This document shows positions 35,609 to 44,382 of a stretch of 64,000 nucleotides of DNA, in pieces. The number at the start of each line of letters is the position of its first letter. The stretch's first letter is position 1. Made by a program: the position numbers and the translations under genes. Source of the stretch: a virus; the IMG/VR virus record IMGVR_UViG_3300044618_000713, positions 1-64,000 of that record; one strand, 5' to 3'. The notes under the pieces were generated by a model. It was given only the letters and a program-made list of their open reading frames with translations. It did not search any database and had not been told where the DNA came from.

Positions 35609-36920
35609 ACCCTACCAGAACGACGCGGTGACGTTCCTCTACGAGCGTGACCGCGCCATGATCCTGGCCCCGGTGGGCGCGGGCAAGACCGCCATCACGC
35701 TCACCGCCATGCAAGAGTTCATGGTCAACGGCGTGGTCAAGCGGTGGCTGGTCGTCGCCCCCAAGCGGGTCTGCACCGACGTGTGGCCGGTCGAGGCCCC
35801 CAAGTGGGCGCCGGACCTGACCATCGCCGTGGCGGTCGGTAACGCCGCCAAGCGCCGCGCCGCCTTCGCCTCAGACGCCGCGGTGGTCGTGGTCAACTAC
35901 GACGTTCTCGACGTCGTGGGCGAGGACTTCGCGCGGTTTGACGGCATCGTGTTCGACGAACTGACCCGGCTCAAGAACCCGTCCGGCAAGCGGTTCAAGG
36001 CACTGCACAAGCACCTAGGGCGCTTCAACGTGCGGATCGGCCTCACCGGATCGTTCACGTCAAACGGGCTGGAGGATGTGTTCGGACAGTGCTTCGTGAT
36101 CGACCCGACGCTGCTGGGCCGCACCAAGGGGGCGTTCCTGCAGCAGTACTTCGTCTGCATCAACCGCGACTTTGGCGAGTGGATGCCACGGCGCGGTGCG
36201 CTGGAGCAGGTGATGACCCGCATCCGCCCGGCGACGTTCGTGCTGGAGCCCGGCGTCTACAAGGACAAGCTGCCGCCGTGCCATGTGGTCGAGATGCGCT
36301 GCGACATGCCCGACCGCGAGCCATACGAGAAGATGAAACGCGACTTCATGGTTAAGATGCAGGGCAAGGACATCACCGCCATGTCGGCGGCTGCGGTCAC
36401 GACCAAGCTTCAGCAGATGGCCAGCGGTTGGGTCTACCATACGGTGGACTGGAACGGGCCGTACCGTCTGCCGGTCTGGTTCTCGACGCACCGCTTCGAC
36501 CTGCTGGACGAGGTGCTGGAGGGCAACCAGCGGGCCAACACGCTGATCGTCTACAACTTCATCGAGGAGTTGGCGGAACTGAAGCGCCGCTATCCTGGGC
36601 GGCTGTGGACGCTGGACGACGGTGCCGACGTGATCGAGCGCTGGAACGCGGGCAAGATTCCGCTGCTGGCGGTCCACCCCAAGTCGGCAGGCCACGGCCT
36701 CAACCTGCAACACGGCGGCCATCACCTGGTGTTCCTGTCGCTGCCGTGGTCGCTGGAACTCTACGAGCAGGTCGTCGGCCGTCTGCACCGCAGCGGGCAG
36801 GAGCGCGACGTGTGGGTCTACGTCCTGCTGACGAACAAGACTATCGACGAGCGCATCTGGGCGGCCCTTGCCGACAAGCGCGCCATATCGGACATCGCAC
36901 TGGAGGAGTTGAAGGGATGA
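35592..36920 (+). CDS. SNF2-like SF2 helicase
   Basis: LRPYQ, GAGKT, FDE, LTGS, GHGLNLQ and GRLHRSGQ. Confidence 0.92.
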   Translation: MTLALRPYQNDAVTFLYERDRAMILAPVGAGKTAITLTAMQEFMVNGVVKRWLVVAPKRVCTDVWPVEAPKWAPDLTIAVAVGNAAKRRAAFASDAAVVVVNYDVLDVVGEDFARFDGIVFDELTRLKNPSGKRFKALHKHLGRFNVRIGLTGSFTSNGLEDVFGQCFVIDPTLLGRTKGAFLQQYFVCINRDFGEWMPRRGALEQVMTRIRPATFVLEPGVYKDKLPPCHVVEMRCDMPDREPYEKMKRDFMVKMQGKDITAMSAAAVTTKLQQMASGWVYHTVDWNGPYRLPVWFSTHRFDLLDEVLEGNQRANTLIVYNFIEELAELKRRYPGRLWTLDDGADVIERWNAGKIPLLAVHPKSAGHGLNLQHGGHHLVFLSLPWSLELYEQVVGRLHRSGQERDVWVYVLLTNKTIDERIWAALADKRAISDIALEELKG

Positions 36921-37117
36921 GTTGGAATTGGCACGATTTGAACGTGGTTCTGGCGATGCGTGACGAGCACCAGGTCAAGGCCATGCTGGACGAGGAGGTC
37001 GAGGTCCACAAGCGCCCGACCTACGCGGTGCGCATCCATCAGCGCTACACGACGCTGCGCGCGGTGCGCGAACGCAAGGAAATTCTCGCCGCACTCTCAG
37101 GAGACAAGCATGAGTGA
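36917..37117 (+). CDS. Hypothetical protein (66 aa)
   Basis: ATGA coupling; RIHQRYTTLRA.RER motif. Confidence 0.65.
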   Translation: MSWNWHDLNVVLAMRDEHQVKAMLDEEVEVHKRPTYAVRIHQRYTTLRAVRERKEILAALSGDKHE

Positions 37118-37370
37118 TATTGTAGAACGTCTGCTCCTACTTGCAGCCGTAGATAATTGCCAAGCATCTATTGAAGCCGCCGACACCATCACCCACCTCA
37201 CCGCAGAGAACGAGAGGCTGCGGGCGGCGCTGCGTGAGTGTGAGGCGGAGCTAAACGCCTACTACCGGATGGAATATCCGAGCGACCACCCATACAGCCA
37301 GAAGGAACTGGCGCAAGCTATGGCGTCTAATCCTGCCACCGTTGCACTGAAGGAGACAAACAATGATTGA
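37110..37370 (+). CDS. Hypothetical protein (MSDIVERL family)
   Basis: AGGAG RBS; EAADTI..L.AENERLRAAL coiled coil. Confidence 0.65.
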   Translation: MSDIVERLLLLAAVDNCQASIEAADTITHLTAENERLRAALRECEAELNAYYRMEYPSDHPYSQKELAQAMASNPATVALKETNND

Positions 37371-37590
37371 GCTTGAACAGATACCGGAGGAAGTCCTCCG
37401 CGCGTTGTGTGCCAGCATGGGCTGCGAGTGGGCCATGCAAGACAAAGAGGACCAGATAATCATTCGCCGTCACATCACCGCCGCTATCAATGCGTGGCCT
37501 AATATAGATAAGATTTATAGGTCTGAGGACGAGAAACTATTCACCATCATCCTCCCCCTGACACAGGAGAACAACAATGATCAAGGCTGA
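37363..37590 (+). CDS. Hypothetical protein (QIPEE...AAINAWP)
   Basis: AAGGAG RBS; paralog family. Confidence 0.65.
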   Translation: MIELEQIPEEVLRALCASMGCEWAMQDKEDQIIIRRHITAAINAWPNIDKIYRSEDEKLFTIILPLTQENNNDQG

Positions 37591-37786
37591 ACAGATACCG
37601 GATGAGGTGGTGGAGGCGGCTTTATGGGCTTACAACTACGCATTCAGAAATTGTTACACGACAGAAGAACAGGACATTGCTATCGCCATCGCCGCCGCTA
37701 TCAATGCGTGGCCGGGGATAGAAATCCACACTGACGGCACTGATGACTGGGTTGAACTTACCCTGCCGCAGGAGCCACGCACATGA
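37577..37786 (+). CDS. Hypothetical protein (QIPDE...AAINAWP)
   Basis: AGGAG RBS; tandem paralog. Confidence 0.65.
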   Translation: MIKAEQIPDEVVEAALWAYNYAFRNCYTTEEQDIAIAIAAAINAWPGIEIHTDGTDDWVELTLPQEPRT

Positions 37787-38046
37787 CCACCACACCAGAG
37801 CAGATAGAGGCTGCGCTTGCTGCGTTCGCGCTCGCATCTGGCCTTGGCATTTTCCCCAACGACGAAAAGGACGAGGAGTGGCGTGAGGACTTAGTTAACG
37901 GTATGCGCGCCGCCATCGACACCATGCGCCCCGTCATCCGTGCCGAGGCGCTGGAGGAAGCGGAGGATGTCGTTGGAGAAGTTGGTGATTGCGCGGAAGT
38001 TGGCGCTTATATAGCCGTTATCAGAGCGTTGAAGGAAAAGCCATGA
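37783..38046 (+). CDS. Hypothetical protein (87 aa)
   Basis: AGGAG RBS; ATGA couplings. Confidence 0.6.
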   Translation: MTTTPEQIEAALAAFALASGLGIFPNDEKDEEWREDLVNGMRAAIDTMRPVIRAEALEEAEDVVGEVGDCAEVGAYIAVIRALKEKP

Positions 38047-38324
38047 CTGACATTCTAGACGAACGCGAGAAGACACACGGCGATTATTATCAAGTGTCTA
38101 TGATGGCACAGGAACTGAAGGACGCCATGCGGCGCGGCAAGAAATGGAGAATACTAGACGATATGCAGCGCGAGACGCTGGAGATGATCGCCAGCAAGAT
38201 TAGCCGCATCTTGTCAGGTAATCCGCACGAGTCCGACCATTGGCGTGACATAGCTGGCTACGCCACGTTGATCGAGCGGTGGCTCACACCACCGGCTGAC
38301 CTCGAAACCAAGCCTGACCGTTGA
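38043..38324 (+). CDS. DUF6378-like protein (full length)
   Basis: MTDILDEREKTHGDY...DHWRDIAGYATL. Confidence 0.75.
   Translation: MTDILDEREKTHGDYYQVSMMAQELKDAMRRGKKWRILDDMQRETLEMIASKISRILSGNPHESDHWRDIAGYATLIERWLTPPADLETKPDR
38075..38284 (+). repeat. Direct repeat, copy 2
   Basis: Matches 1-210 as above. Confidence 0.97.
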
Positions 38325-39240
38325 TCACGCGGCAGAACTCCGGTTCCAGCAACATGCCGCTAGGTGCGAAATGCAACACCACAAAACCCTGTGACCAGTT
38401 CACGGGGTTGTCCTCCGCATAAGCGAACTTATCGTTATCAGGTCCGTAATCCGAAAGCGTTCCGCACTCCACGCCCCATCGAAGGCCATTGTAATCCGCA
38501 AACATAGTAGCCTGGAGCCGATGCGTGTGGCCGGTCACAATCGATTTGCCGCTCTTCAATGTGTTGTTATAGGCCCCATGAACGCCTTGGTGAATGCGAT
38601 GCTTTACAACCGTATGCTCATTGAGCCATAGGCTTGTGCAGAACTGCCACGCAGGAAAATGGTCTGCGATGTCAAATCCTTGGACCTGTACATATTCCGG
38701 CGCTGCTTGAGCCAGCCTCGACATGAAGCGGTTGTCGTGATTGCCATCGGTCCACATGAGATAGCAGCCCGGAGGTGCATAAGCCTCGATCTCTGCGTGA
38801 CGTTCCTTGACGGCTTCTAGTTCCTCGGCCACGCTCGGCGTCTGCACACGAGCGCCTGGAGGATGACGACTGATCTTTGCACCGTCGAAGCTGTCGCCGT
38901 TCATGATGACCATCGACGGCTGCAAGTCCTTGATGATCTCGATCATGGCTGCGAAAGCCTTGCTTCGCTCACCCGGCCAGAAATGCCCATCGCTGCCGAT
39001 GATGACGGGGCCGACAACATTTTCTTTTAGCGCGCGGAAACCTTTTGTCGGCACCTCAATCTTGATCCGCTGGGCGGGCTGCGAGATCGTGTTCAGAATG
39101 ATTCCATGCTTGCGCTCGAGGCTATCCCGTCGAGCGTTAACGCCTCGCAGGTTGAGGCCCAATTCTTTGGATACGGCGGACGGTGAGCCTAGACGCTTCC
39201 ATGCGTCAATGAACTCTTGATCGGAGTACCTCTTAGTCAT
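38284..39240 (-). CDS. Calcineurin-like metallophosphoesterase with N-terminal HTH
   Basis: SDGH, NGDSFD, DGNHD and TGHTHR motifs. Confidence 0.85.
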   Translation of the reverse strand: MTKRYSDQEFIDAWKRLGSPSAVSKELGLNLRGVNARRDSLERKHGIILNTISQPAQRIKIEVPTKGFRALKENVVGPVIIGSDGHFWPGERSKAFAAMIEIIKDLQPSMVIMNGDSFDGAKISRHPPGARVQTPSVAEELEAVKERHAEIEAYAPPGCYLMWTDGNHDNRFMSRLAQAAPEYVQVQGFDIADHFPAWQFCTSLWLNEHTVVKHRIHQGVHGAYNNTLKSGKSIVTGHTHRLQATMFADYNGLRWGVECGTLSDYGPDNDKFAYAEDNPVNWSQGFVVLHFAPSGMLLEPEFCRVINGQAWFRGQPVV

Positions 39241-39243
39241 TCG

Positions 39244-39492
39244 CTACTCCTGCACGCGGCGAAAGTTGAGCCGCCAGATCACATCTGCAACTTGCTTGCC
39301 GAACATATCGATCTGCTTTTCTTCTGCTTCTGGGAAGACAAGATGCGCCACCTCATGGGCGGCTATTTCCAAGAGCAGCTTTGGTTTCTGGAGAAGCCGC
39401 GGGTCTAGCTGGATGTGGTCTTCGCCAATATAGGCCCAGCCCCAAGCACGCTCGCAGGTCTTCCATTCTATGGTGATCTTGCGGCGTGCCAT
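39244..39492 (-). CDS. Minimal zincin-like HExxH protein
   Basis: WG.A.....I.LDPRL...EIAAHEVAH..FP...E. Confidence 0.7.
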   Translation of the reverse strand: MARRKITIEWKTCERAWGWAYIGEDHIQLDPRLLQKPKLLLEIAAHEVAHLVFPEAEEKQIDMFGKQVADVIWRLNFRRVQE

Positions 39493-39495
39493 AAA

Positions 39496-39726
39496 TCAAT
39501 CCTTGCATCGCTTCCGGCGGTGATCCCATTCGCCGCCGCGGCGGATGCAGTCGCGCCATTCCTTTTCTTTCTCAGGCGTCATTCGTTTCATTAGAAAAGG
39601 CAAAGATGCCTTGAACATAACAATGCCAAGGCCGAACCAAAAGGATGGCCTTTGAGCGACGAGAAAGCCGCCAGCGCCAATGCCGATGAACAGCACGACG
39701 ATGGCGGCAATCTCGATCCAGTTCAC
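39496..39726 (-). CDS. Lysis-cassette membrane protein
   Basis: Homolog of 210-452; GTG start. Confidence 0.75.
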   Translation of the reverse strand: MNWIEIAAIVVLFIGIGAGGFLVAQRPSFWFGLGIVMFKASLPFLMKRMTPEKEKEWRDCIRRGGEWDHRRKRCKD

Positions 39727-39884
39727 TTCTTGGCCCAGATAGACCAACCAGCGGCGAATATAACTCCCAGTGCGCCGATGATCTCGTTCATGGCGGTGGC
39801 GTCAATAACTCCGGTTCCGACAACATAGCCGCCACCAGCCGCGAGAACGGCGCGAACAACGCCCCAGACCATTTCTTTTGTCAT
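39723..39884 (-). CDS. Putative holin (53 aa, not in ORF track)
   Basis: Near-identical to 449-610. Confidence 0.7.
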   Translation of the reverse strand: MTKEMVWGVVRAVLAAGGGYVVGTGVIDATAMNEIIGALGVIFAAGWSIWAKK

Positions 39885-40306
39885 CACTTACTTCCTTTTG
39901 TTGTGCCGGGATATTGCTTCCACGGCAGTTGGTAGTGAGGGCCGTCCTGGAAAGTCTTCCAGTCACCGCCCCATTCGATAGGCACGTTTTCTGCTTTCGC
40001 AGCGGCCTTCATGGCTGCGGCGATCTTGTGATAGAGGGGCCAGTCGCCACGGTATTTCCCGCCAATGATGGCTCCGAGGTCGACGGCGTGGGAGTAGCCG
40101 TTCTTGGCGATGAGGTGGCGAGACTTCAGGGTCGTGGATGCTCCACTCGCCTTTAGAATCTTCTGCTCTTCGAGGGTGCGCGGGCCGCAGGTGATGATGA
40201 AAGTGAGGGTCTTGTCTTTCCAATCGCCAGCGCATCGATTGACCACACGCACCAGATCGGGATGAACGCCTTTAAGCTTGGCGAAGGACGCGCTGTTAAG
40301 CTTCAT
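39884..40306 (-). CDS. Endolysin, M15-family peptidase
   Basis: SRHL...HAVDL...WGGDW...DGPHYQL. Confidence 0.9.
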   Translation of the reverse strand: MKLNSASFAKLKGVHPDLVRVVNRCAGDWKDKTLTFIITCGPRTLEEQKILKASGASTTLKSRHLIAKNGYSHAVDLGAIIGGKYRGDWPLYHKIAAAMKAAAKAENVPIEWGGDWKTFQDGPHYQLPWKQYPGTTKGSK

Positions 40307-40545
40307 TTGCGTAATGCCTCTTCGATGCTGTCGAGCTTCGCCATGATGGCGCGGCTTGTCTCACGAATCTCCTTGATCTCTCGATCATGCGCTGTACGCG
40401 ATGTTTCGGTCTGCGCTTGCAAGACGGCGATGGCAGTCTCGTGCGCCTGTTGCTGGCGGTAGATCACCCAGACAAACGCGGCCACTGGCGCGATGATCCA
40501 TTGCATGATGGCCCCGAGCACTTTGAAGGTCTGATCGTCAATCAT
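40303..40545 (-). CDS. Membrane-anchored coiled-coil lysis-cassette protein
   Basis: Homolog of 1029-1271. Confidence 0.7.
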   Translation of the reverse strand: MIDDQTFKVLGAIMQWIIAPVAAFVWVIYRQQQAHETAIAVLQAQTETSRTAHDREIKEIRETSRAIMAKLDSIEEALRK

Positions 40546-40554
40546 GGCACTGTC

Positions 40555-41184
40555 TCACGGAGAAGAGGCATATTCGCGGCGGCGGAACATCCAGACTTTT
40601 CCAGCGTCTATACCAGCACCAAAAGAACCGCCACTAGTTCTAAATCTAATTGACGCATAGAGAACTTTTTGGACAGTGGCGTCATACGTTCCTATAGTGT
40701 TTGTTCCAGAAACGTCGCTGCCAGCATAAGAACTGATTCTTGCTATGTGATTTGTCTTTGGTATCCTTGGCAACAGCACTTCCATGTCAAAACCAAAGAG
40801 TGCAGAACTCGTATTGTCGCCTATTTGCTCAACCTGATCTAACCTTGCGTCTGTCTCAAGGTAAAAAGAAATGTTTATCCCGTTGTTACTTACCGAATTA
40901 TGCGACAATCCGTGAGCAACGATTCGATATTCATATCCGTCTACAAAATTAGGCGTCACAATGCTTGTTTGGACCCCGTTCACAGCGAAATCATAAATAA
41001 GCCCAGTCTTACCGTCGCCTATCGTCACTTTGTCGTGCGGATGCCAACCAGACACCATAACAGGAGCGCCAGATGCGCTCTCGGCAAGAGCAGAAGGATT
41101 GTCGCGCAATGCAGTCACCGTCGTGCTTGCAGGAATGCCGCCAACAGCAACCGCTGCGTTTGATATGCTCGTCCATGTTGTCAT
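40555..41184 (-). CDS. Tail tip / receptor-binding protein
   Basis: MTTWTSISN...TALRDNP.A.AE...GAP N-terminus; last tail gene; TGATG coupling. Confidence 0.6.
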   Translation of the reverse strand: MTTWTSISNAAVAVGGIPASTTVTALRDNPSALAESASGAPVMVSGWHPHDKVTIGDGKTGLIYDFAVNGVQTSIVTPNFVDGYEYRIVAHGLSHNSVSNNGINISFYLETDARLDQVEQIGDNTSSALFGFDMEVLLPRIPKTNHIARISSYAGSDVSGTNTIGTYDATVQKVLYASIRFRTSGGSFGAGIDAGKVWMFRRREYASSP

Positions 41185-42983
41185 CAAAGCCACCTATACG
41201 GTTGAGGAGTCCCGCTCAAATCATTACCACTATCATCGAGCCAGCGCCACGGCTGGGCAACGCCGTTGACATCAAGCCCCGCATCGGTCAGCCAGGTCCA
41301 GAGCACGCCGCCCTTCTCGTTGTCTTCCGCTGTAAAGCGATATGTCAGGCCGTTGCGGGCTACCTCTGCCGAGGTGATAAGCCACTCGCCATCACGCGGC
41401 GCACCTGTGAAATCGACATCCAGATAGTGCCGTATCTGCACAACCGATCCGGTCCAGACGTTTGTGGCATCTTTGGCTGATAGGTCGAAGGTGATTTCCT
41501 TGCGAACATCCGAGAAGCGATCAAGGTATGTCTGTGCGAGAGCGTTGGCGATTGCCTGTGTGCTAATGAACCGGCAGAACAATTCCCTGATTTGCGGTTC
41601 GCCGCCATACTGCACTTGCTTTAGAACATCGATGTAGACCGAAACGCGGGAATAGTTGCTCTTCTCTGTCACGCTCGGGATCGGCGTGCGTTGCAAGTAG
41701 TAGACATGTGTCTGAGATGCGCGCTCTTCCGGCTTTTCCTCTATTGAGAAACTGCCAGCAACAATCGCATCGTCATCAGTCAAAATTGTAGGTGACGGCT
41801 GTGGCCTTACTGGCTCCATGAGAATCTTTTGGACGCGCTCATCCCACCACAAATTTGAGACGGCCTGGAGGCACACCTCTGCCAGAAGTTCTTCGATCTT
41901 GTCGGGATCGGTGATCCACGCAGTGAAATTGTAGTCTGGCCGATAGGTGGTCTTTGCTGCCGCCCAATCTGCGAAGTTGATATACTTCGCAGGGATGCCT
42001 CCCCAATTGACAAGAAGGTCATAGAGGATTTCGTGGAATGGCGTAGCGTTGTAATAAAGCACGCGCTGCACGCGGTCGTTCTGACTTTGAGCCGCTGCTG
42101 TTGTTCCGGCCAGTCCTCGTGTCAGCCCATCGAAGTAGATGTTGCCGCCGGTCGTTTCATAACGCTGGGCATATTGGATCACCTCGCTGTTGATCCTGAC
42201 ATATCCCGCCTCAGGATAGTCGCTCAATGTTGCGCCAGCTACGGTCATGGCCGTTGCTACGTTCGTGATGTTCGAGGCTAGTTCGCCACGGCTCAGATAC
42301 GGTGCCGTCAGGTTGGTGTCGGTGATCTTTCGCAGGATGTCCTTGGCCGTGATCGAAACGCCATTGCGACCTGCGTCGATCTTCTCGATCACATATTCAC
42401 GCTGCGTCATGACCGAAAGCGGTTCGCCTATCAGCCCTTCATAGATGTTCAGCGTGTATCCGATGTGATACGGATTGCGGGCAAGCCACTTGCTCCAGAA
42501 GCTGCCGATCTGGTCTGGATCATAAGCCCTCGTGGAGACGTATGGATCGGTGCCTACGTCATTCCAAGGGAAGTCTTTAATACGGACATTGCTAACAGCG
42601 CGATAGCCTAGCGGGCTTTTATTGCGCGATCCAGAGGCCACGTTGAGGACGGTTGGAGCCGTCTGATAGTTCTGCATTGCCGGGATGGCGAGTGATGGCT
42701 GGTATATGTAATCAATCAGGAACGGATCGCCAGCTTCCGTGGTGAGCGTGTTGCCATTCTCGGTCAGCAGATTGGTGTTGTTATCCTGCCATTCGTATAC
42801 GTCATCGTTGACGAATCGCAGCGTCAACGACTTGCTCAGATCGAGAGCGGATAAGAACTTGCAGGTCTTGTCTGTGTTCCAACAGGCATCGCCAGTCGCA
42901 TTGCAGGGCGAGACACCGAACGTGCGGGAGCAGAGCGGCTGGATGATCTCGACAATCTCGACGGGGCGCGCTGCAAAAGTCAT
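41184..42983 (-). CDS. Tail hub / central tip protein
   Basis: N-terminal C...FG..PC......C.NT..TC cluster, SFWSKWLARNPY; downstream of tape measure. Confidence 0.7.
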   Translation of the reverse strand: MTFAARPVEIVEIIQPLCSRTFGVSPCNATGDACWNTDKTCKFLSALDLSKSLTLRFVNDDVYEWQDNNTNLLTENGNTLTTEAGDPFLIDYIYQPSLAIPAMQNYQTAPTVLNVASGSRNKSPLGYRAVSNVRIKDFPWNDVGTDPYVSTRAYDPDQIGSFWSKWLARNPYHIGYTLNIYEGLIGEPLSVMTQREYVIEKIDAGRNGVSITAKDILRKITDTNLTAPYLSRGELASNITNVATAMTVAGATLSDYPEAGYVRINSEVIQYAQRYETTGGNIYFDGLTRGLAGTTAAAQSQNDRVQRVLYYNATPFHEILYDLLVNWGGIPAKYINFADWAAAKTTYRPDYNFTAWITDPDKIEELLAEVCLQAVSNLWWDERVQKILMEPVRPQPSPTILTDDDAIVAGSFSIEEKPEERASQTHVYYLQRTPIPSVTEKSNYSRVSVYIDVLKQVQYGGEPQIRELFCRFISTQAIANALAQTYLDRFSDVRKEITFDLSAKDATNVWTGSVVQIRHYLDVDFTGAPRDGEWLITSAEVARNGLTYRFTAEDNEKGGVLWTWLTDAGLDVNGVAQPWRWLDDSGNDLSGTPQPYRWL

Positions 42984-43765
42984 CAGTAATATCCTGTGAC
43001 GCCGAGGCTGACAGAGCGATAAGCCTTGATCCCCATGTTTACTGGTTCAACGTCTCGGTCGGTCCAGACGAAGCCGACATCGGTCGTGATCTTCGATGGA
43101 TTGCCAGCGATGAAGAATGGCTGCAATGGCAGCGTCTTTGCGAACGGCTCGAAGTAGGTATCGTACCAAGCCGTTGTCAGATATTCCCAATCGTAAGATG
43201 TGGTAACGGCGCGCCTCTTGATGATGCGACCAAGCCATTGGCCTGTCTCGGAGAACTGTTGCTGTGCTTCCGTGACGCGGTTGAGATTGAGCGGCCTATG
43301 CCCTCCGTAGATCGGTATTGGCATTTGCAGAGCAGTGCCAGCGCGAATGATGCCGATGGCGATGTCCGTACCATCATTGATGACAAGTCGCACTTCGCGG
43401 ATTGTATAGGCAATGCCATCGTTGTTGAAGAGGGCGCAGATGGTTGTGTTGTCTGTTGGGCTGACGGTTGCGCGCGTTGTATGTGCGCCGCCAGCCGTCG
43501 ATGCGGTCGAGATTGTGATCGTCTTTCCTGATAGATTGTGCGCTGCAATGAAGACGCAATCAATTGTGGCATTAGATGCGGTTTGCAATGTCCAGGTATT
43601 AGACCCAGGTGCAAGTTCCCAACGCTGTGATGTGTAGTCATTCGTCGCATAAGACGGATTGGTTCCGCCGCCAGAGACAGTGCCGGTTATCATATCCCAC
43701 AAGATGCGGGCATGGTTAAGCGGCTGATTCGTTTCGACTATATAACTGGCGGTGTTGATGGTCAT
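42983..43765 (-). CDS. Distal tail-like protein
   Basis: Position after tape measure; IAAHNL and PFFIA.NP motifs. Confidence 0.6.
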   Translation of the reverse strand: MTINTASYIVETNQPLNHARILWDMITGTVSGGGTNPSYATNDYTSQRWELAPGSNTWTLQTASNATIDCVFIAAHNLSGKTITISTASTAGGAHTTRATVSPTDNTTICALFNNDGIAYTIREVRLVINDGTDIAIGIIRAGTALQMPIPIYGGHRPLNLNRVTEAQQQFSETGQWLGRIIKRRAVTTSYDWEYLTTAWYDTYFEPFAKTLPLQPFFIAGNPSKITTDVGFVWTDRDVEPVNMGIKAYRSVSLGVTGYY

Positions 43766-44382
43766 GATGTTCCCAATGCCCCGGCAGCAATAATCCAATT
43801 TGTACCATCACAGACAAGCATTACCCATGCGCCATCACCACCAGTTGCCGGAATGATTGCTGTTCCAGCCGATCCACCAGCGCGCGGCACAACATTGGTC
43901 GATGCGGAGTTAACCGCAAAAGCGCCGCCGATGTTGGTAACAATGATAATGCGACCCGCATGAGAAGCAGCAGTCGGAAGTGTCAGAGTGTTAGTGGCTC
44001 CACGATTAGAGATGATGAATGTTACACCAGCCGCGACCGTGTAGTCTGTCGTGACAGTCACCGGAGCGGCAAGGGCAAACGATCCGTTGACTTGCAGCTT
44101 CGCCGTTGGCGTTGCCGTGCCGATGCCTACGCGATCCGTGGATGCGTCCACGAAGACAAGGTTGGCGTCTGTGTCGCCCTCGATGCGTTGGTCTACATCA
44201 GCGCCAGCATCGTTGAAGACGTTGGCCCCTGCGAATGACGCAGCCGGGATATTCTGAAACAGTTCCGCGCGCGTCTGTTTCTTGGTCTCTGGGACACTTG
44301 TGTCCACCACCACATAGAGATCATCGGTGGCCGTGTTGGCCCCGGTCAGTGCTGATAGTGCGCTGATCTTGATGTCGGCCAT
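43762..44382 (-). CDS. Fibre-like protein with N-terminal KISAL motif
   Basis: MADIKISALSAL...; RVGIGTATPTAKLQVNG fibre repeat. Confidence 0.65.
   Translation of the reverse strand: MADIKISALSALTGANTATDDLYVVVDTSVPETKKQTRAELFQNIPAASFAGANVFNDAGADVDQRIEGDTDANLVFVDASTDRVGIGTATPTAKLQVNGSFALAAPVTVTTDYTVAAGVTFIISNRGATNTLTLPTAASHAGRIIIVTNIGGAFAVNSASTNVVPRAGGSAGTAIIPATGGDGAWVMLVCDGTNWIIAAGALGTS

Larger units (their letters stand above)
1..38074. mobile_element. Phage A: apparently complete circularly permuted P22/APSE-like podovirus genome (38,074 bp unit)
   Basis: Full set of packaging, head, short-tail, ejection, lysis and replication genes; unit bounded by the direct repeat 1-127 = 38075-38201; the gene cut at position 1 starts at 38043. 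Confidence 0.88.
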
